Notes: generated from the sequence alone by a model not told the origin. A DNA stretch of 64,000 nucleotides from Pseudomonadota bacterium (GCA_052035235.1 JBPOHT010000037.1:16759-80758); one strand, 5' to 3'. Counted from the stretch's first letter, positions 17,777 to 27,433 are shown. A program made the numbers and translations.

Positions 17777-18550
17777 TTAGCGCTGCCGCTTGCCCGCATT
17801 GCGCTTGCGATCCCACTCGATCCACGCGCTGACGTTGGCCGGGTCGGGCTCGTCGTCACTTGTGGCGGTGGCTTTCACAGGCGCCAGCGGCTTCGGGGCT
17901 GCACTGGTTTTGGGTTTGGCCGCCAGCTCGGTTTCGAGCTGCGCAAGCCGCTTGATCTGCTGCCGCGGCGTCAACTCCGCGATCTCTTCCGCCAGGTCCA
18001 GGTTGTTGGCCAGGTGATGGATCACCTCGTGCGACTTCTCGCAGTCGAGGATGTTTTCCAGCAGCGCGGTCGGCTGGTTTCCGGGTCCGATCAGATCAAC
18101 GGCCTGGATCAGCTCGTTGGTCTTCTGGTCAAAGTCCGGGTACGCCTTTGCGCCGGCCTGCACGGCTTTCTGGATGCCGCTGGTCAGGGCTCGCGCCCCA
18201 TCGTCCACGCTGCGCTGCTGCTGCAGGATTTCCTGCACCTGCTGCCTCGTGAAACGCTCTTCACCGTCGGCACCCTCGCCACCCGGCGCAGGCTGCTGCT
18301 GATTGCCACCACCACGGCGCATCCCTTCCAGTTCCATGTGCTGGCGGGCATTGATGCGGTAGGCCTTGTCGAGCTTTCGCTCCAGGCTGCGGAGACGACG
18401 CTGCTCCTCGGTCAACTCGGGCTTGGCAGCGGGGGGCTGCTGGCCTTCGCTACCGGCTTCCTGCTGCACCACGGCAGGGGTTTGAGTGGTGCCTTCGGCC
18501 GCAGTCGATTCGGGCGCAGCGGCCGGCGCGCCCTGTGTTGCTTCGCTCAT
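17777..18550 (-). CDS. Capsid scaffolding protein
   Basis: Lies between portal and coat; ends PKTSAAPKPLAPV...WIEWDRK. Confidence 0.75.
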   Translation of the reverse strand: MSEATQGAPAAAPESTAAEGTTQTPAVVQQEAGSEGQQPPAAKPELTEEQRRLRSLERKLDKAYRINARQHMELEGMRRGGGNQQQPAPGGEGADGEERFTRQQVQEILQQQRSVDDGARALTSGIQKAVQAGAKAYPDFDQKTNELIQAVDLIGPGNQPTALLENILDCEKSHEVIHHLANNLDLAEEIAELTPRQQIKRLAQLETELAAKPKTSAAPKPLAPVKATATSDDEPDPANVSAWIEWDRKRNAGKRQR

Positions 18551-18600
18551 TTCTCACCTTTCGGTCATCAGCGCCATGAAGCCCTGCGCAGTCGGGCAAC

Positions 18601-18622
18601 AAAAAGGGCGCCGAAGCGCCCT
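18601..18622 (-). terminator. Intrinsic terminator after the portal gene
   Basis: AGGGCGC-TTCG-GCGCCCT then TTTT on the minus strand. Confidence 0.65.
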
Positions 18623-18652
18623 GGTTCTGTGTCTCTTGTGTTTGTAGCCGCG

Positions 18653-20989
18653 CTACACCGCGAACGGCACCGGCGCCAGAACCTCGACGCCCACCGCCAG
18701 GCCGGATTCATCGCGGATCACACGCTTTGGCGCCGTCAGGGCCACGATGGCCTCGTTCGCAGCCGCCCTGACCGCATCCACGGTCTGCTGGGCCTGCGCG
18801 ATCATCTCGGCCATCTGGGCCATGACCGGGTCAACGGTCACAGCCTGGTCCACCGGCTCCAGGCCATCGCCCAGCGCAGGCGGCATCGCCGCGGCCACAG
18901 CCGCATTCAGCGCGGAATCTATCTGCTGGGTCTGGTCATCCAGCTGCGCCACCATGATCTTGATCTGGTCCACCGCCGTGGTGGTCAGCTTCTCCACCTT
19001 GGCCTCGATGGTGATGGAGTCCTTCTCCAGACTGGATTCCGCCAGCTGCTGGCGGAGCTGCATGATCTGCTGCTGCAGCCCCAGCTCCTTCTGGGCGGCT
19101 TGCAGCTTGGCGCCCATACCCTCCCCGGCGATCTTGGCCACCTGCTGCTGGGCCTCCTGCAGCTGGCTGCCACCCTGCTGGATGACCTGCTGCATCTGCT
19201 GCACCTGCTGCTCCAGCGCCGCCATCTGGGCCTTCACGGCCGGCGGGATTTCCTCGCTCTCGTCGGAATAGGCCGCCTGCACCTGCGGCGGCGCCATGGC
19301 CAGCAACACGCGGGCGAACTTGTCGGCATTCGGCCAATCCTGCATCTGGGCCCACAGCGGGCCGATGATCGCCATCAGCTGCGGGCTGCCCTGCAGGATC
19401 TGGTTCAGCGCCTCCACCGACTCCTGCCGCTGCGTCGCGTAGCTCGGGCCCACCTTCACGCGCACGTCGTAGTTGCCCACACCCGGATTGATGGCGACCA
19501 CCTTGCCGGCCTTCTTCCGCACCGCCGTCGGCATGTCGTGGTCGATCTGGACGGACGAGGGCTGCCCATCCATGCCCAGGATGCGCACCTGGCGGTTGGT
19601 GTCGTACACCCGCGGGATCATGTCCACCACGATCCGGCCCAGCTGCTCGATGGAGCGGCCCAGGTTGTCGATGAAATGGAAGTTTGCGGTATCGCCCCGG
19701 CGCTGCACCGCCAGCAGGGCGCGGCCGGACTGCCGGTTCTCATTCTCGCCCACGGCGGCGTTGTGCAGCCCAACGGACGCCTGCAGATCGGCCAGGGCCT
19801 GCTGTCCACCCGCCGCAAACGCCGCCGGCATGGTCGGCGGATTCAGGCGCTGCGGTGCCGGGATCGGATTGCCGTTCTCGTCAGCATGGTCGTAGGGCAA
19901 CCAGGCGCGCGTCGAGGTGCCCGCCTCGTTCCAGGCATTCTGGTGATTCTCGATACCCTCCCAGGCCACCGCCACCGGCGCCTTGGGCTGCAGGGCCACC
20001 GACTCGATCCAGGCCGAGCGCTCATAGTTGTAGGCCCGCTGGCCGTCCATCATGCGGCGGGTCATGCCGCAGATGTGGCGCTTGCCCTCCACGAACAGCT
20101 CGTAGCCGTACACCGGAACCAGGGGGATCCAGATGCTGGGAAACTCGGTCTCCTCCAGTATCTCGTTGCCGTTCATCTGCGCCCAGATGACCTTGCGCTG
20201 GTCCTTCGCATACTCGTTCGTGACCTCGGCGCCATCCTCCCGAAGCTTGGACGCCTGGTACTCGTCGGCATCCATGTCGAAGTGATCACCGGCCCGGGTG
20301 CGGCCATAGACGCGCGTTCGCTCTTCCAACTCCACACGGAAGTATTCGCACACCCGCTGGCCATCGGCATCAAACCAACCCGCGCCATCCGAACGGCCCC
20401 GGCCACGCGCCTTCTTGAACCGGCGCTTGAAGGCGTCGTTCCCCATGCGGCTCTCCACGAAGCCCCACATGGCATCCTGGCCATCCGGCTCCGTGCTTTC
20501 GCAGTCGATCAGGACGCTCTTGGAGTCGAAGACCCGCTTGATACGGATTTCCTGCTCATTCAGCCGGGCGTTGACCACCTCGGGCACCGCGCGCAGCCAT
20601 CCCAGGCCGCAGCGGGCAATCAACTCCAGGGCCGTGTCGTAGGCAATCGACGCACGCGATGCGTACTCGATGTGCCGGAACATGCCCTCGATCTGCTTGG
20701 CCGCGTCGATATCCGCCCCGGAGTCCACAGGGATCGCATTCAGGCCCGGCTTGTTCTGCCGGCCATCATTGACCACCTGCATGATCCGCTCATTGGTGCG
20801 GTCGAAGGTGAAACACGGCCGCGCCGCCGCATTGCCGCCGCCCTCGCGAATCTTGCGCACAGCGTCCGGCCACTGCTCGGGCTTGGACGGGTTGGAGAAC
20901 TCCAGGTCCTCGGTGATCTGCTTGTGCGTCTCCGACATGGCCGCCTTGGCGGCCTCGAACCGCTCACGGGCTTCCTTCACGACGGACAT
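18653..20989 (-). CDS. Portal protein, P22 gp1-like
   Basis: EQWPD.VR..R, RPCFTFDR...I.QVVND.RQN, WIPLVPVYG, MMDGQRAYNY, G.YDVRVKVGPSYATQRQE, long C-terminal coiled-coil; GGAGA RBS. Confidence 0.9.
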   Translation of the reverse strand: MSVVKEARERFEAAKAAMSETHKQITEDLEFSNPSKPEQWPDAVRKIREGGGNAAARPCFTFDRTNERIMQVVNDGRQNKPGLNAIPVDSGADIDAAKQIEGMFRHIEYASRASIAYDTALELIARCGLGWLRAVPEVVNARLNEQEIRIKRVFDSKSVLIDCESTEPDGQDAMWGFVESRMGNDAFKRRFKKARGRGRSDGAGWFDADGQRVCEYFRVELEERTRVYGRTRAGDHFDMDADEYQASKLREDGAEVTNEYAKDQRKVIWAQMNGNEILEETEFPSIWIPLVPVYGYELFVEGKRHICGMTRRMMDGQRAYNYERSAWIESVALQPKAPVAVAWEGIENHQNAWNEAGTSTRAWLPYDHADENGNPIPAPQRLNPPTMPAAFAAGGQQALADLQASVGLHNAAVGENENRQSGRALLAVQRRGDTANFHFIDNLGRSIEQLGRIVVDMIPRVYDTNRQVRILGMDGQPSSVQIDHDMPTAVRKKAGKVVAINPGVGNYDVRVKVGPSYATQRQESVEALNQILQGSPQLMAIIGPLWAQMQDWPNADKFARVLLAMAPPQVQAAYSDESEEIPPAVKAQMAALEQQVQQMQQVIQQGGSQLQEAQQQVAKIAGEGMGAKLQAAQKELGLQQQIMQLRQQLAESSLEKDSITIEAKVEKLTTTAVDQIKIMVAQLDDQTQQIDSALNAAVAAAMPPALGDGLEPVDQAVTVDPVMAQMAEMIAQAQQTVDAVRAAANEAIVALTAPKRVIRDESGLAVGVEVLAPVPFAV

Positions 20990-21000
20990 GCCTACTCTCC

Positions 21001-22437
21001 CTAGCCAGCCCAGATGCCAGGCTGGTGTTGTATTTGATCGCTGACACCGCGGCTCCGGCGCTTGAGCGCCTTGTCCCCACCGCTGAAAGACATCATCACG
21101 GCGTCGGCCATGTTCGGGCTGGGGATGCCCTTGGCCTTCATTTCCACCTTGCTGAGGATCTGGATACGTCCGGAGCCATTCGGCTTGCGGGGTATCCGGC
21201 ACAGCTCCGAGCGCAACTGCTGCACCCAAGGGCCCGCCGCGAAGCTGATCAGCTCTTCGGGGTCCGTGTACTTCTTGTGCACCACGGCCAGATAGGTGCG
21301 GTAGCACCGATCCCGCAGGCCCCAGTACTTCTGCGCACGAAGGTTGTAGAACGTGTCCGCATTGCTGCGGGCCTTGCCGTTGCCATCGCCCAGCGGCTCA
21401 TAAAGCGCGTCCGGATGCTCCGGCTCCGCCCCGCCATGGAACGGGATGGCGTCACACTTCTTGCCTTCCAGCGCATCGCCCACCTGGCGCCGCAGGCTCA
21501 CGCCCAGGCCATCCGCATCCCAGATAAAGGCATCCGCCTTCGCCTCTGCTGCGTGGCCGGTAGCCCAGTCCGTGGCCTCGTTCACGTCGGAGGTCGTGTT
21601 CTCCTCCACGCGGAGGATCACCACGCCGTGCCGGTGCGCGTAGGCGCGCGGATCGGACGTGTCCGATGGGTCATAGGCCACCACCTCGCGGCCCAGCGGC
21701 TTGAACCCCAGCACCAGGTGGGCATCGACGCAGGCGTCGAACCACTCGGGCAGGATGATGGCGTTCTCCACGGTGTCGGCGTACTTCCCTTCCCAGATGT
21801 GGTCGTAAAGCGACCGGGGCATCTCACGGAAATCCTTGAGGCGCTCCTTCTCGAGCACCGCCGGGAACCAGGGGTTGTCCCGGTAATTGAGTTCCACGAC
21901 GATCATGTCGTCGTCTTCGTAGTAGCCGCAGCGCGCCAGTTCAGCCTCGGCCTTCTTCAGCACCAGGCGGCTGAACGCGTCGTTCGAGCTGCCCCGGTTG
22001 GCGCTGATCCAGATTTCAGACTCTTCCTCTCGGATGGTCGGAAACAGGGTCGTGATGGTGTTCTGCGAGAGGGTCTGGCCCTCTTCGATCCAGACTTTCT
22101 TGTACCCGTACAGCGACTTCAGCGACTGGATGTTGCGCGCCAGGCCACGGTAGCTGATGAGGCCACCACTACGGTGGGCAATATCCTTCGCAGACGGGGT
22201 GAAGCCACCCACGCCCAGGGTCCTGATGCGGTCCAGCAACAGGCTGTGCACCGACTCATCGATGGAGTTCTGGAACTCGCGGGCGCACAGCACCTTCTCG
22301 CCACACGCGGCGAAGCGCACGAAGGCGTCGCCAAAACTGATGCTCTTGCCTGGCCCGCGGCCGCCTACCGCTACCTTCAGCCTCTTGGGCTTGACGAAGA
22401 GCGGAAGGAGCTTCTCAGGAATCTGGACGGTCGGCAC
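21001..22437 (-). CDS. Terminase large subunit (PBSX/XtmB type)
   Basis: Walker A GGRGPGKS, CAREFQNSI.ESV, WIEEGQ, TIREEESEIW, NYRDNPWFP, SPNMADAVMM. Confidence 0.92.
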   Translation of the reverse strand: MPTVQIPEKLLPLFVKPKRLKVAVGGRGPGKSISFGDAFVRFAACGEKVLCAREFQNSIDESVHSLLLDRIRTLGVGGFTPSAKDIAHRSGGLISYRGLARNIQSLKSLYGYKKVWIEEGQTLSQNTITTLFPTIREEESEIWISANRGSSNDAFSRLVLKKAEAELARCGYYEDDDMIVVELNYRDNPWFPAVLEKERLKDFREMPRSLYDHIWEGKYADTVENAIILPEWFDACVDAHLVLGFKPLGREVVAYDPSDTSDPRAYAHRHGVVILRVEENTTSDVNEATDWATGHAAEAKADAFIWDADGLGVSLRRQVGDALEGKKCDAIPFHGGAEPEHPDALYEPLGDGNGKARSNADTFYNLRAQKYWGLRDRCYRTYLAVVHKKYTDPEELISFAAGPWVQQLRSELCRIPRKPNGSGRIQILSKVEMKAKGIPSPNMADAVMMSFSGGDKALKRRSRGVSDQIQHQPGIWAG

Positions 22438-22726
22438 CGGGCTTCACGGGCTGCAGCGTCCAGCCGATGCTGAGCTGGCCGCCTTCGAGTTCGTCGGCGT
22501 TCAGCTCCACGGTCATGCGTGTGGCCATCGGCGCGGCGATGCGCTCGCGGAAGCCGGGCAGATCGTCTTTGGCCCACTGCTGGTAGAACCCGTCCAGGCC
22601 GTTCTGGCCACGGCCGTTGGCGCCGTGCTCGATCATCGCCAGCAGCGCAGCCTCACGGGCCGTCTTGCTGACCTTGTTCGGCTTGCCCTTGCGGGACCCG
22701 CCGCCTGTCTTCCTGCCCTTGGCCAT
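22415..22726 (-). CDS. Putative terminase small subunit
   Basis: MAKGRKTGGGSRKGKPNKVS..ARE; directly upstream of terL. Confidence 0.65.
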   Translation of the reverse strand: MAKGRKTGGGSRKGKPNKVSKTAREAALLAMIEHGANGRGQNGLDGFYQQWAKDDLPGFRERIAAPMATRMTVELNADELEGGQLSIGWTLQPVKPGADRPDS

Positions 22727-22836
22727 GACGCTTCGCACTCCGTCGCATTCCGCGATTGGAAACTGCCCCTCCTGCACGCGCGGATTCGCGCCAGTCCTGA
22801 TTTCCGCCCCGGGATTCACCCAGGACAGCGCCCAAC

Positions 22837-22897
22837 AAAAAACCGCCCGAAGGCGGCCTGAAACGCGAAAACCCCGCTCGGGGCGGGGCTTTCTTTT
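22837..22897 (-). terminator. Two tandem terminator hairpins upstream of the late genes (tR'-like)
   Basis: CCCCGC/GCGGGG stem (22872-22888) and CCGCC/GGCGG stem (about 22843-22856), each followed by a T run on the minus strand. Confidence 0.6.
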
Positions 22898-22925
22898 CTC
22901 CGGGCGAACAACGCCAAGATGCGCT

Positions 22926-22954
22926 TTTATACCCTGGACTTACCGTGAGTGCAA
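22926..22954 (-). promoter_or_regulatory. Putative late promoter (pR'-like)
   Basis: TTGCAC-N17-TATAAA on the minus strand, starting 1 nt after the stop of the Q-like gene. Confidence 0.65.
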
Positions 22955-22955
22955 G

Positions 22956-23468
22956 TCAGGGCCTCTGGCCGAGGATTTTTTCGCAGTACCGGCCGGTGCT
23001 GTTGAGCATCAGCAGCGCCGGGACGAAGCGCGAGCGCACCAAGCTGAGCATGACGCTGACGTAGCGCTGGTCGATACCCAGGGCCTGCCCGATCTCGCTC
23101 TGGCTGCGGTGCATGGCGGTGCCGATCAGGGCGAACTGCCAGTCCTTAGGGTATTCCAGGATGATGCCGTGGATACTGCTGGCCCAGTCGTAGCCCATGG
23201 CCTCCTCGGCCAGCACCCGCGACAGCACGCCATCGCTGTGCTCGACGTTGGAGCGTCCGGCGCGGACCATGGCGTTCCAGGTCTCCTCGATGTTGTCGCC
23301 GTTGCCGGTGAGCGAGGTGACGCGGCGCGGCAGGCGGGTCATGAGGAGCCATTCGAACCAGCGCTCCAGCGCCAGATCGCACAGGCGCTCGCGCAGGGTC
23401 TTGGGCTCGCGGCGGCGGGTGCGCGCGGGCGGCGCGGGGGATATCACCATCTGGGCCATCTGGGTCAT
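22956..23468 (-). CDS. Putative late-gene activator/antiterminator (Q position)
   Basis: C-terminal HTH SQSEIGQALGIDQRYVSVML; sits immediately before the promoter-terminator unit. Confidence 0.5.
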   Translation of the reverse strand: MTQMAQMVISPAPPARTRRREPKTLRERLCDLALERWFEWLLMTRLPRRVTSLTGNGDNIEETWNAMVRAGRSNVEHSDGVLSRVLAEEAMGYDWASSIHGIILEYPKDWQFALIGTAMHRSQSEIGQALGIDQRYVSVMLSLVRSRFVPALLMLNSTGRYCEKILGQRP

Positions 23469-24013
23469 GCCACTCTCCGCATGGGTACGACGTTGGAGCC
23501 GGGTTGCGCCGGCGAGGCTTGGAGCTGCACGGCCTTGAAGGCCGCGATGAATTCACGCTGGCGGTAGTGGCGGTTGCGCTCGCCCATATCGCGGATGACG
23601 CCAATGCCACCCATGGCCTGGATGGCCGGCAGCGTGCGCGCATCCTGGAACCCGAGCAGGGGCATGCCCTTGCTGTTGGCGGCACAGACCTCGGCCCAGG
23701 CCGACTCGGCGGCGGCGGCGAGCGCGGCCTGCGGGTCGAGCTTGGGCAGGGGCTTGGCGGGGAGCACAGCCTCGGGCACGTCGAAGTCGTCGTCCCAGCG
23801 CTGGCCACGCAGCCAAGTGGCCGGCAGGGGGATGAAGCGGCGGCGCTCGCGGCACCAGTCCAGCTCCAGGGTCTGGCGGGCCACCGCAGTGATCAGCACG
23901 TCGAGCGCAGGACGGACGCCTTCGGTCTGACGCCAGGCCTTCCAGGCGTCGGCCCGAGCCTCGCGGCGAGGAAATTTTTGGTACCACGCGATGAAATCGG
24001 GTGTTTCCGCCAT
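23465..24013 (-). CDS. Phage replication-associated protein
   Basis: F..WY..FPR...RADAWKAW and RFIPLPATWLRGQRWDD motifs, which I associate with phage replisome proteins. Confidence 0.5.
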   Translation of the reverse strand: MAETPDFIAWYQKFPRREARADAWKAWRQTEGVRPALDVLITAVARQTLELDWCRERRRFIPLPATWLRGQRWDDDFDVPEAVLPAKPLPKLDPQAALAAAAESAWAEVCAANSKGMPLLGFQDARTLPAIQAMGGIGVIRDMGERNRHYRQREFIAAFKAVQLQASPAQPGSNVVPMRRVA

Positions 24014-24298
24014 TTAAGCCCTCTCTCCAATCTGAATTCCTACCAACGCCCCCCCTACCCCCCATGGGGTTGAGAAGGTCCTACCCCTGCTTTCGCAGGC
24101 CCTGGTCTGTGATCGACTCACTCAATCACCCCCGGCTACCAGGCTTCGCCCCGCCGCCAGCCGCGTCCGGGATTTGCACCCGCGAGGCCAGTACCGTGTG
24201 TCTGCGCGTTTCGCTGGCGCTCCCGTCGGTGCGGGTCTCTTTTCTCCGGTGCGGGCGATTCATCCCCTTGGCTTGCGGCGCCGGTGACCGTGTTGCGG

Positions 24299-25048
24299 TT
24301 ACGCGGGCGCTGGGCAGGCCTGTGCAGGCGGCTGCAGCCCCAGGCGGCTGGCCTTGAAGCGGATGGCCGTGGGGCTGCGCCAGTCCATGCGGCGGGCGGT
24401 TTCCTCGGGCCCTACGGAGGGGTACAGGCGCTTCAGGATGGCCAGGTCGGTGCGATCCCAGCGGCAGGCCGGCCGGGAGGGCGTCAGGCCCAGGTATTGG
24501 GCCTTGCGGCGAATGGCATCGAGCGTGCGGCCGGGCAGCGATGCACTGGGCGCGGCGATCGGCCACTCGCGCTTGATGGTCTGCAGCTCGGAGGCAGTCC
24601 AGTTACGCGCGGAGGGGCGCTCGGCGTTGATGCGGATGGCGGATGGGGTCCGGCGCGGTACGGCGGCCCTGGCGGCGGCGATGCCGCCTTCGGCGTAAGC
24701 GGCAGTGGCCGCGGCACGCTCTTCGGGCGTCCACCAGTAGTCGGTGCGGCGCAGGCCCAGGCGCAAGGCCATCTGGCGCGTGGCATCGGGGTCGCGGTCG
24801 GGCAGCAGGGCGACCACGGCGGGCATGCCGCCGCTGGGATACAGGTCGCGCAGGATCTGCTTCTCGGGCTCGGTCCAGGCGCGCGGGCTCTGCAGGCCGA
24901 GCTGCTTGGCCTTCTCGCAGATAGCGGCGCTGGTGCGGCCATGGATGGCCTGGCGGGCGGCGACGATGCCACCGGCCTCCCAGGCGGCGCGCAGGGCGGC
25001 GCAGTCTTGGGCGGTCCAGCGCAGGCGTGGGGCTCGCGGGGAGCTCAT
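24299..25048 (-). CDS. Protein made of five tandem Myb/SANT-like HTH repeats
   Basis: Repeats of W(T/D)xxE/Dxxx(L/A)...RT/SxxA(I/T)xxxAxxLGL. Confidence 0.6.
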   Translation of the reverse strand: MSSPRAPRLRWTAQDCAALRAAWEAGGIVAARQAIHGRTSAAICEKAKQLGLQSPRAWTEPEKQILRDLYPSGGMPAVVALLPDRDPDATRQMALRLGLRRTDYWWTPEERAAATAAYAEGGIAAARAAVPRRTPSAIRINAERPSARNWTASELQTIKREWPIAAPSASLPGRTLDAIRRKAQYLGLTPSRPACRWDRTDLAILKRLYPSVGPEETARRMDWRSPTAIRFKASRLGLQPPAQACPAPA

Positions 25049-25057
25049 GGCAAGCGC

Positions 25058-25924
25058 TTACAGATCGGCGCCAGGTACCAGCTTGAATCCCGCCGCATTG
25101 CGATGACCACCGCCGCCATAGGCAACGGCTACCGCAGAGACATCCAGGCCTTCGTCGGTCGATCGCAGGGAGAAGACACGGCCCGTGGGCGTATCCCAGT
25201 AGCAGGCAGCGAAGGGCTCACCCTTGGCCATCAGGTGGCCGGCGTCACTGCTGAGGGTGTATGGGAGGTTGGCGACCGGCACGTCGTGACCACCGATCAC
25301 CATGCGGCGCTTGGTGACGCCCACCAGCTCGGCAATATCCTTGTGGTGCTTGCGCTCGATAGCAGCGCCTTCGGCACGCAGCAGCTGCACGTCTGTGGCC
25401 ATGAGCTGATCCCAGACCTGGAAGTCGTAGGGGTAGCTGAAGACGTTGGCCTGGATTTCTCGCGTGCCTTCCAGCTTGAACAGCCAGAGGTCGCGGTCCT
25501 GGATATGCTCGAGCAGCTTCGGAGGCTGGAGATCCGGGAGGAAGTAATTCCACGCCAGCATGGCACCGCTGCGATGCATGTCGAACAGCGCATAGATGCC
25601 AGCGTCCGGGAGCCAGCCGCCGATCGGGTGGCCGCTCAGGTCCCAGGCTGGGGGCGGCGGCGCGGGGAAGTCAGCGAGATCCGCGGCGGCTGACTTGTGA
25701 TGGTCCAATACCAGGATGCTGACAGCGGTCTGCGCCATCTCCAGCAGCACGTCGCGCTTGTAGCTGAAATCCACAAGCACCACGCGGCGTCCTGTGACGT
25801 CAGGCGGGGCCGCGCCATAGATGCCGGCATGGAACTCGACCTGATCGCCCAGCGCGGCACGCACGGCCCAGGCAGCGCCGAAGCCGTCGGCACAGTTGCC
25901 GTGATAGATGCAGAGGGTTTTCAT
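25058..25924 (-). CDS. DHH/DHHA1 family phosphoesterase
   Basis: YHGNCADG, VDFSY, LDHH, IQDRDLW, FSLRS, GGGH motifs. Confidence 0.85.
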   Translation of the reverse strand: MKTLCIYHGNCADGFGAAWAVRAALGDQVEFHAGIYGAAPPDVTGRRVVLVDFSYKRDVLLEMAQTAVSILVLDHHKSAAADLADFPAPPPPAWDLSGHPIGGWLPDAGIYALFDMHRSGAMLAWNYFLPDLQPPKLLEHIQDRDLWLFKLEGTREIQANVFSYPYDFQVWDQLMATDVQLLRAEGAAIERKHHKDIAELVGVTKRRMVIGGHDVPVANLPYTLSSDAGHLMAKGEPFAACYWDTPTGRVFSLRSTDEGLDVSAVAVAYGGGGHRNAAGFKLVPGADL

Positions 25925-26110
25925 TGTGCGCTCCAGCACAGCCCCGAGCCGAACGAGGCGGCAGGCTGCAGTGACAGGTGGGAAGACAGATGGGAAGAAG
26001 CGCCCAGTTGCCTATGTCCGCGCTGGGCACGCGGGAGGGAGTGCTGCCGTGGGGGCGGCAGCGCGTGCACAGGCTCACGCTTGGGGAAGATGCCGGGGCT
26101 CAGGGAGGCC

Positions 26111-26326
26111 TTAGCGCAGGGTCGCATGACCACGGCCCGTATAAGCCCCAAGAAGCCAGCCCGCCCACAACGCCAGCAGGCTGATCACCAGTTCCCGCCA
26201 CCACACTCCGGGAACCTCGCCACTCAGCATCACCACCAGCATTCCAGCGGCGATCACCAGCAGGCCCGAGCCGATAGCGAGCAGCCACACGGCCGTCATC
26301 AGCAAACGAGCGGCCAGGGCCTTCAT
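26111..26326 (-). CDS. Small phage membrane protein
   Basis: MKALAARLLMTAVWLL..., two hydrophobic helices; GGAGG RBS. Confidence 0.5.
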   Translation of the reverse strand: MKALAARLLMTAVWLLAIGSGLLVIAAGMLVVMLSGEVPGVWWRELVISLLALWAGWLLGAYTGRGHATLR

Positions 26327-26523
26327 CCCACACCTCCCTGCACCACCGTAATCCCCACCGCCCCACCCGCCGCCGTCATCGCCGAGGCGATCCACAGCGG
26401 CAGCGGAAGAACGATGGCGGCACAGCAGAGCGCCAGCACGGCGAAGAAGACCAGGGCGCGGAACAGCAGGCGCCCCAGCAGGGAGATCGGGTGAAGGCGG
26501 GAAGCAGCGGAGAGCGGCCTCAC
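26323..26523 (-). CDS. Small phage membrane protein
   Basis: Hydrophobic LLGRLLFRALVFFAVLALCCAAIV...; follows cro; start uncertain. Confidence 0.4.
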   Translation of the reverse strand: MRPLSAASRLHPISLLGRLLFRALVFFAVLALCCAAIVLPLPLWIASAMTAAGGAVGITVVQGGVG

Positions 26524-26524
26524 G

Positions 26525-26746
26525 TCACGAAACCTTGACGCCGGAGGGGGTAATATGCTGGGAATCCGCAGAAGTAACTGCGCCCACACCAACACGAGGG
26601 GGAATCTCGTACTTCAGCTTGAGGGCGTGGCGCTCCGGGATAGGACGCCCGTCATCCCACATATAAATCGCATTGGTGGTAATCCCCAACTGGACAGCCA
26701 GCTGGGCGACGCTTCCCACATGGGCGATGGCTTCTTGCTTGGTCAC
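26525..26746 (-). CDS. cro: Cro-like regulator
   Basis: MTKQEAIAHVGSVAQLAVQLGITTNAIYMW; divergent from the repressor. Confidence 0.8.
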   Translation of the reverse strand: MTKQEAIAHVGSVAQLAVQLGITTNAIYMWDDGRPIPERHALKLKYEIPPRVGVGAVTSADSQHITPSGVKVS

Positions 26747-26754
26747 AGGGATAT

Positions 26755-26790
26755 GTAACCATGCTTACTTCGTCACGTCAACATACTTAC
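26755..26790. promoter_or_regulatory. Two operator sites in the cro/cI intergenic region
   Basis: GTAACCATGCTTAC (26755-26768) and GTCAACATACTTAC (26777-26790); a minus-strand TTGACG -35 overlaps the second. Confidence 0.65.
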
Positions 26791-26816
26791 CCCAAGCTCA
26801 ATTACAGTCCGCCGCC

Positions 26817-27191
26817 ATGGATGAACTGAGCACGAGAGTGCGCTCTGCAAGGACGCAGGCAAAAGTAACTCAGGAGATGCTGGCAGTGTCCTGCGGCATC
26901 AAGAGAGAAGCTGTTACAGCCTGGGAAAGCGGAGCCACCAAGACAATTAGCAGCGACGTGCTGTTTGACGCCGCTCGCACGCTCGCGGTCGATCCAGAAT
27001 GGCTGGCAACCGGCCGTGGCACACGGGAACCGCTCGGCACGCGCGAGTCAGCCCCTTCATACTTCGCTGTTCGACCTGCAGCCGCCACGGTCATTGCCCT
27101 CGTGCGCCAGCTTGCCGGGGACTCCAACATCCCTGACGCCGTTTTCGACTCAGTCGCGACTCTGCTGCGCCTCATTCCCCGGCGAGCTTAG
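26817..27191 (+). CDS. CI-like repressor (XRE HTH), with no recognisable S24 peptidase domain
   Basis: LSTRVRSART...TQEMLAVSCGIKREAVTAWESG...LAVDPEWLATGRG; only 124 aa. Confidence 0.8.
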   Translation: MDELSTRVRSARTQAKVTQEMLAVSCGIKREAVTAWESGATKTISSDVLFDAARTLAVDPEWLATGRGTREPLGTRESAPSYFAVRPAAATVIALVRQLAGDSNIPDAVFDSVATLLRLIPRRA

Positions 27192-27199
27192 CCCTGGGC

Positions 27200-27433
27200 T
27201 CACTGGCCAGAAAGGCCAGGCACTAGGATTTGCCACAACTCCAGGCTGAACGCACCTGCCACCTGATCCACGATCTCCAGATTCGGAGGATGCCGCGCGT
27301 GCAGCAGGTTGTTGACGGTCTTCTGTGACGTGCCAGCGCGACGTGCCACCTCGCCCTCAGTCCATTCGTTTTTGATCATCAAATGCCGAAGATTTGAGGC
27401 AAGTGTTTCACGGGGAGAGGAGCGCTTTGCCAT
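27200..27433 (-). CDS. XRE-family HTH protein
   Basis: LASNLRHLM...WTEGEVARRAGTSQKTVNNL. Confidence 0.75.
   Translation of the reverse strand: MAKRSSPRETLASNLRHLMIKNEWTEGEVARRAGTSQKTVNNLLHARHPPNLEIVDQVAGAFSLELWQILVPGLSGQ

Noticed and set aside
24014-24298. Possible frameshifted N-terminus or origin for the replication gene
   Set aside because: An in-frame TAA directly precedes the ATG at 24013, only tiny ORFs are present, and I found no iterons.
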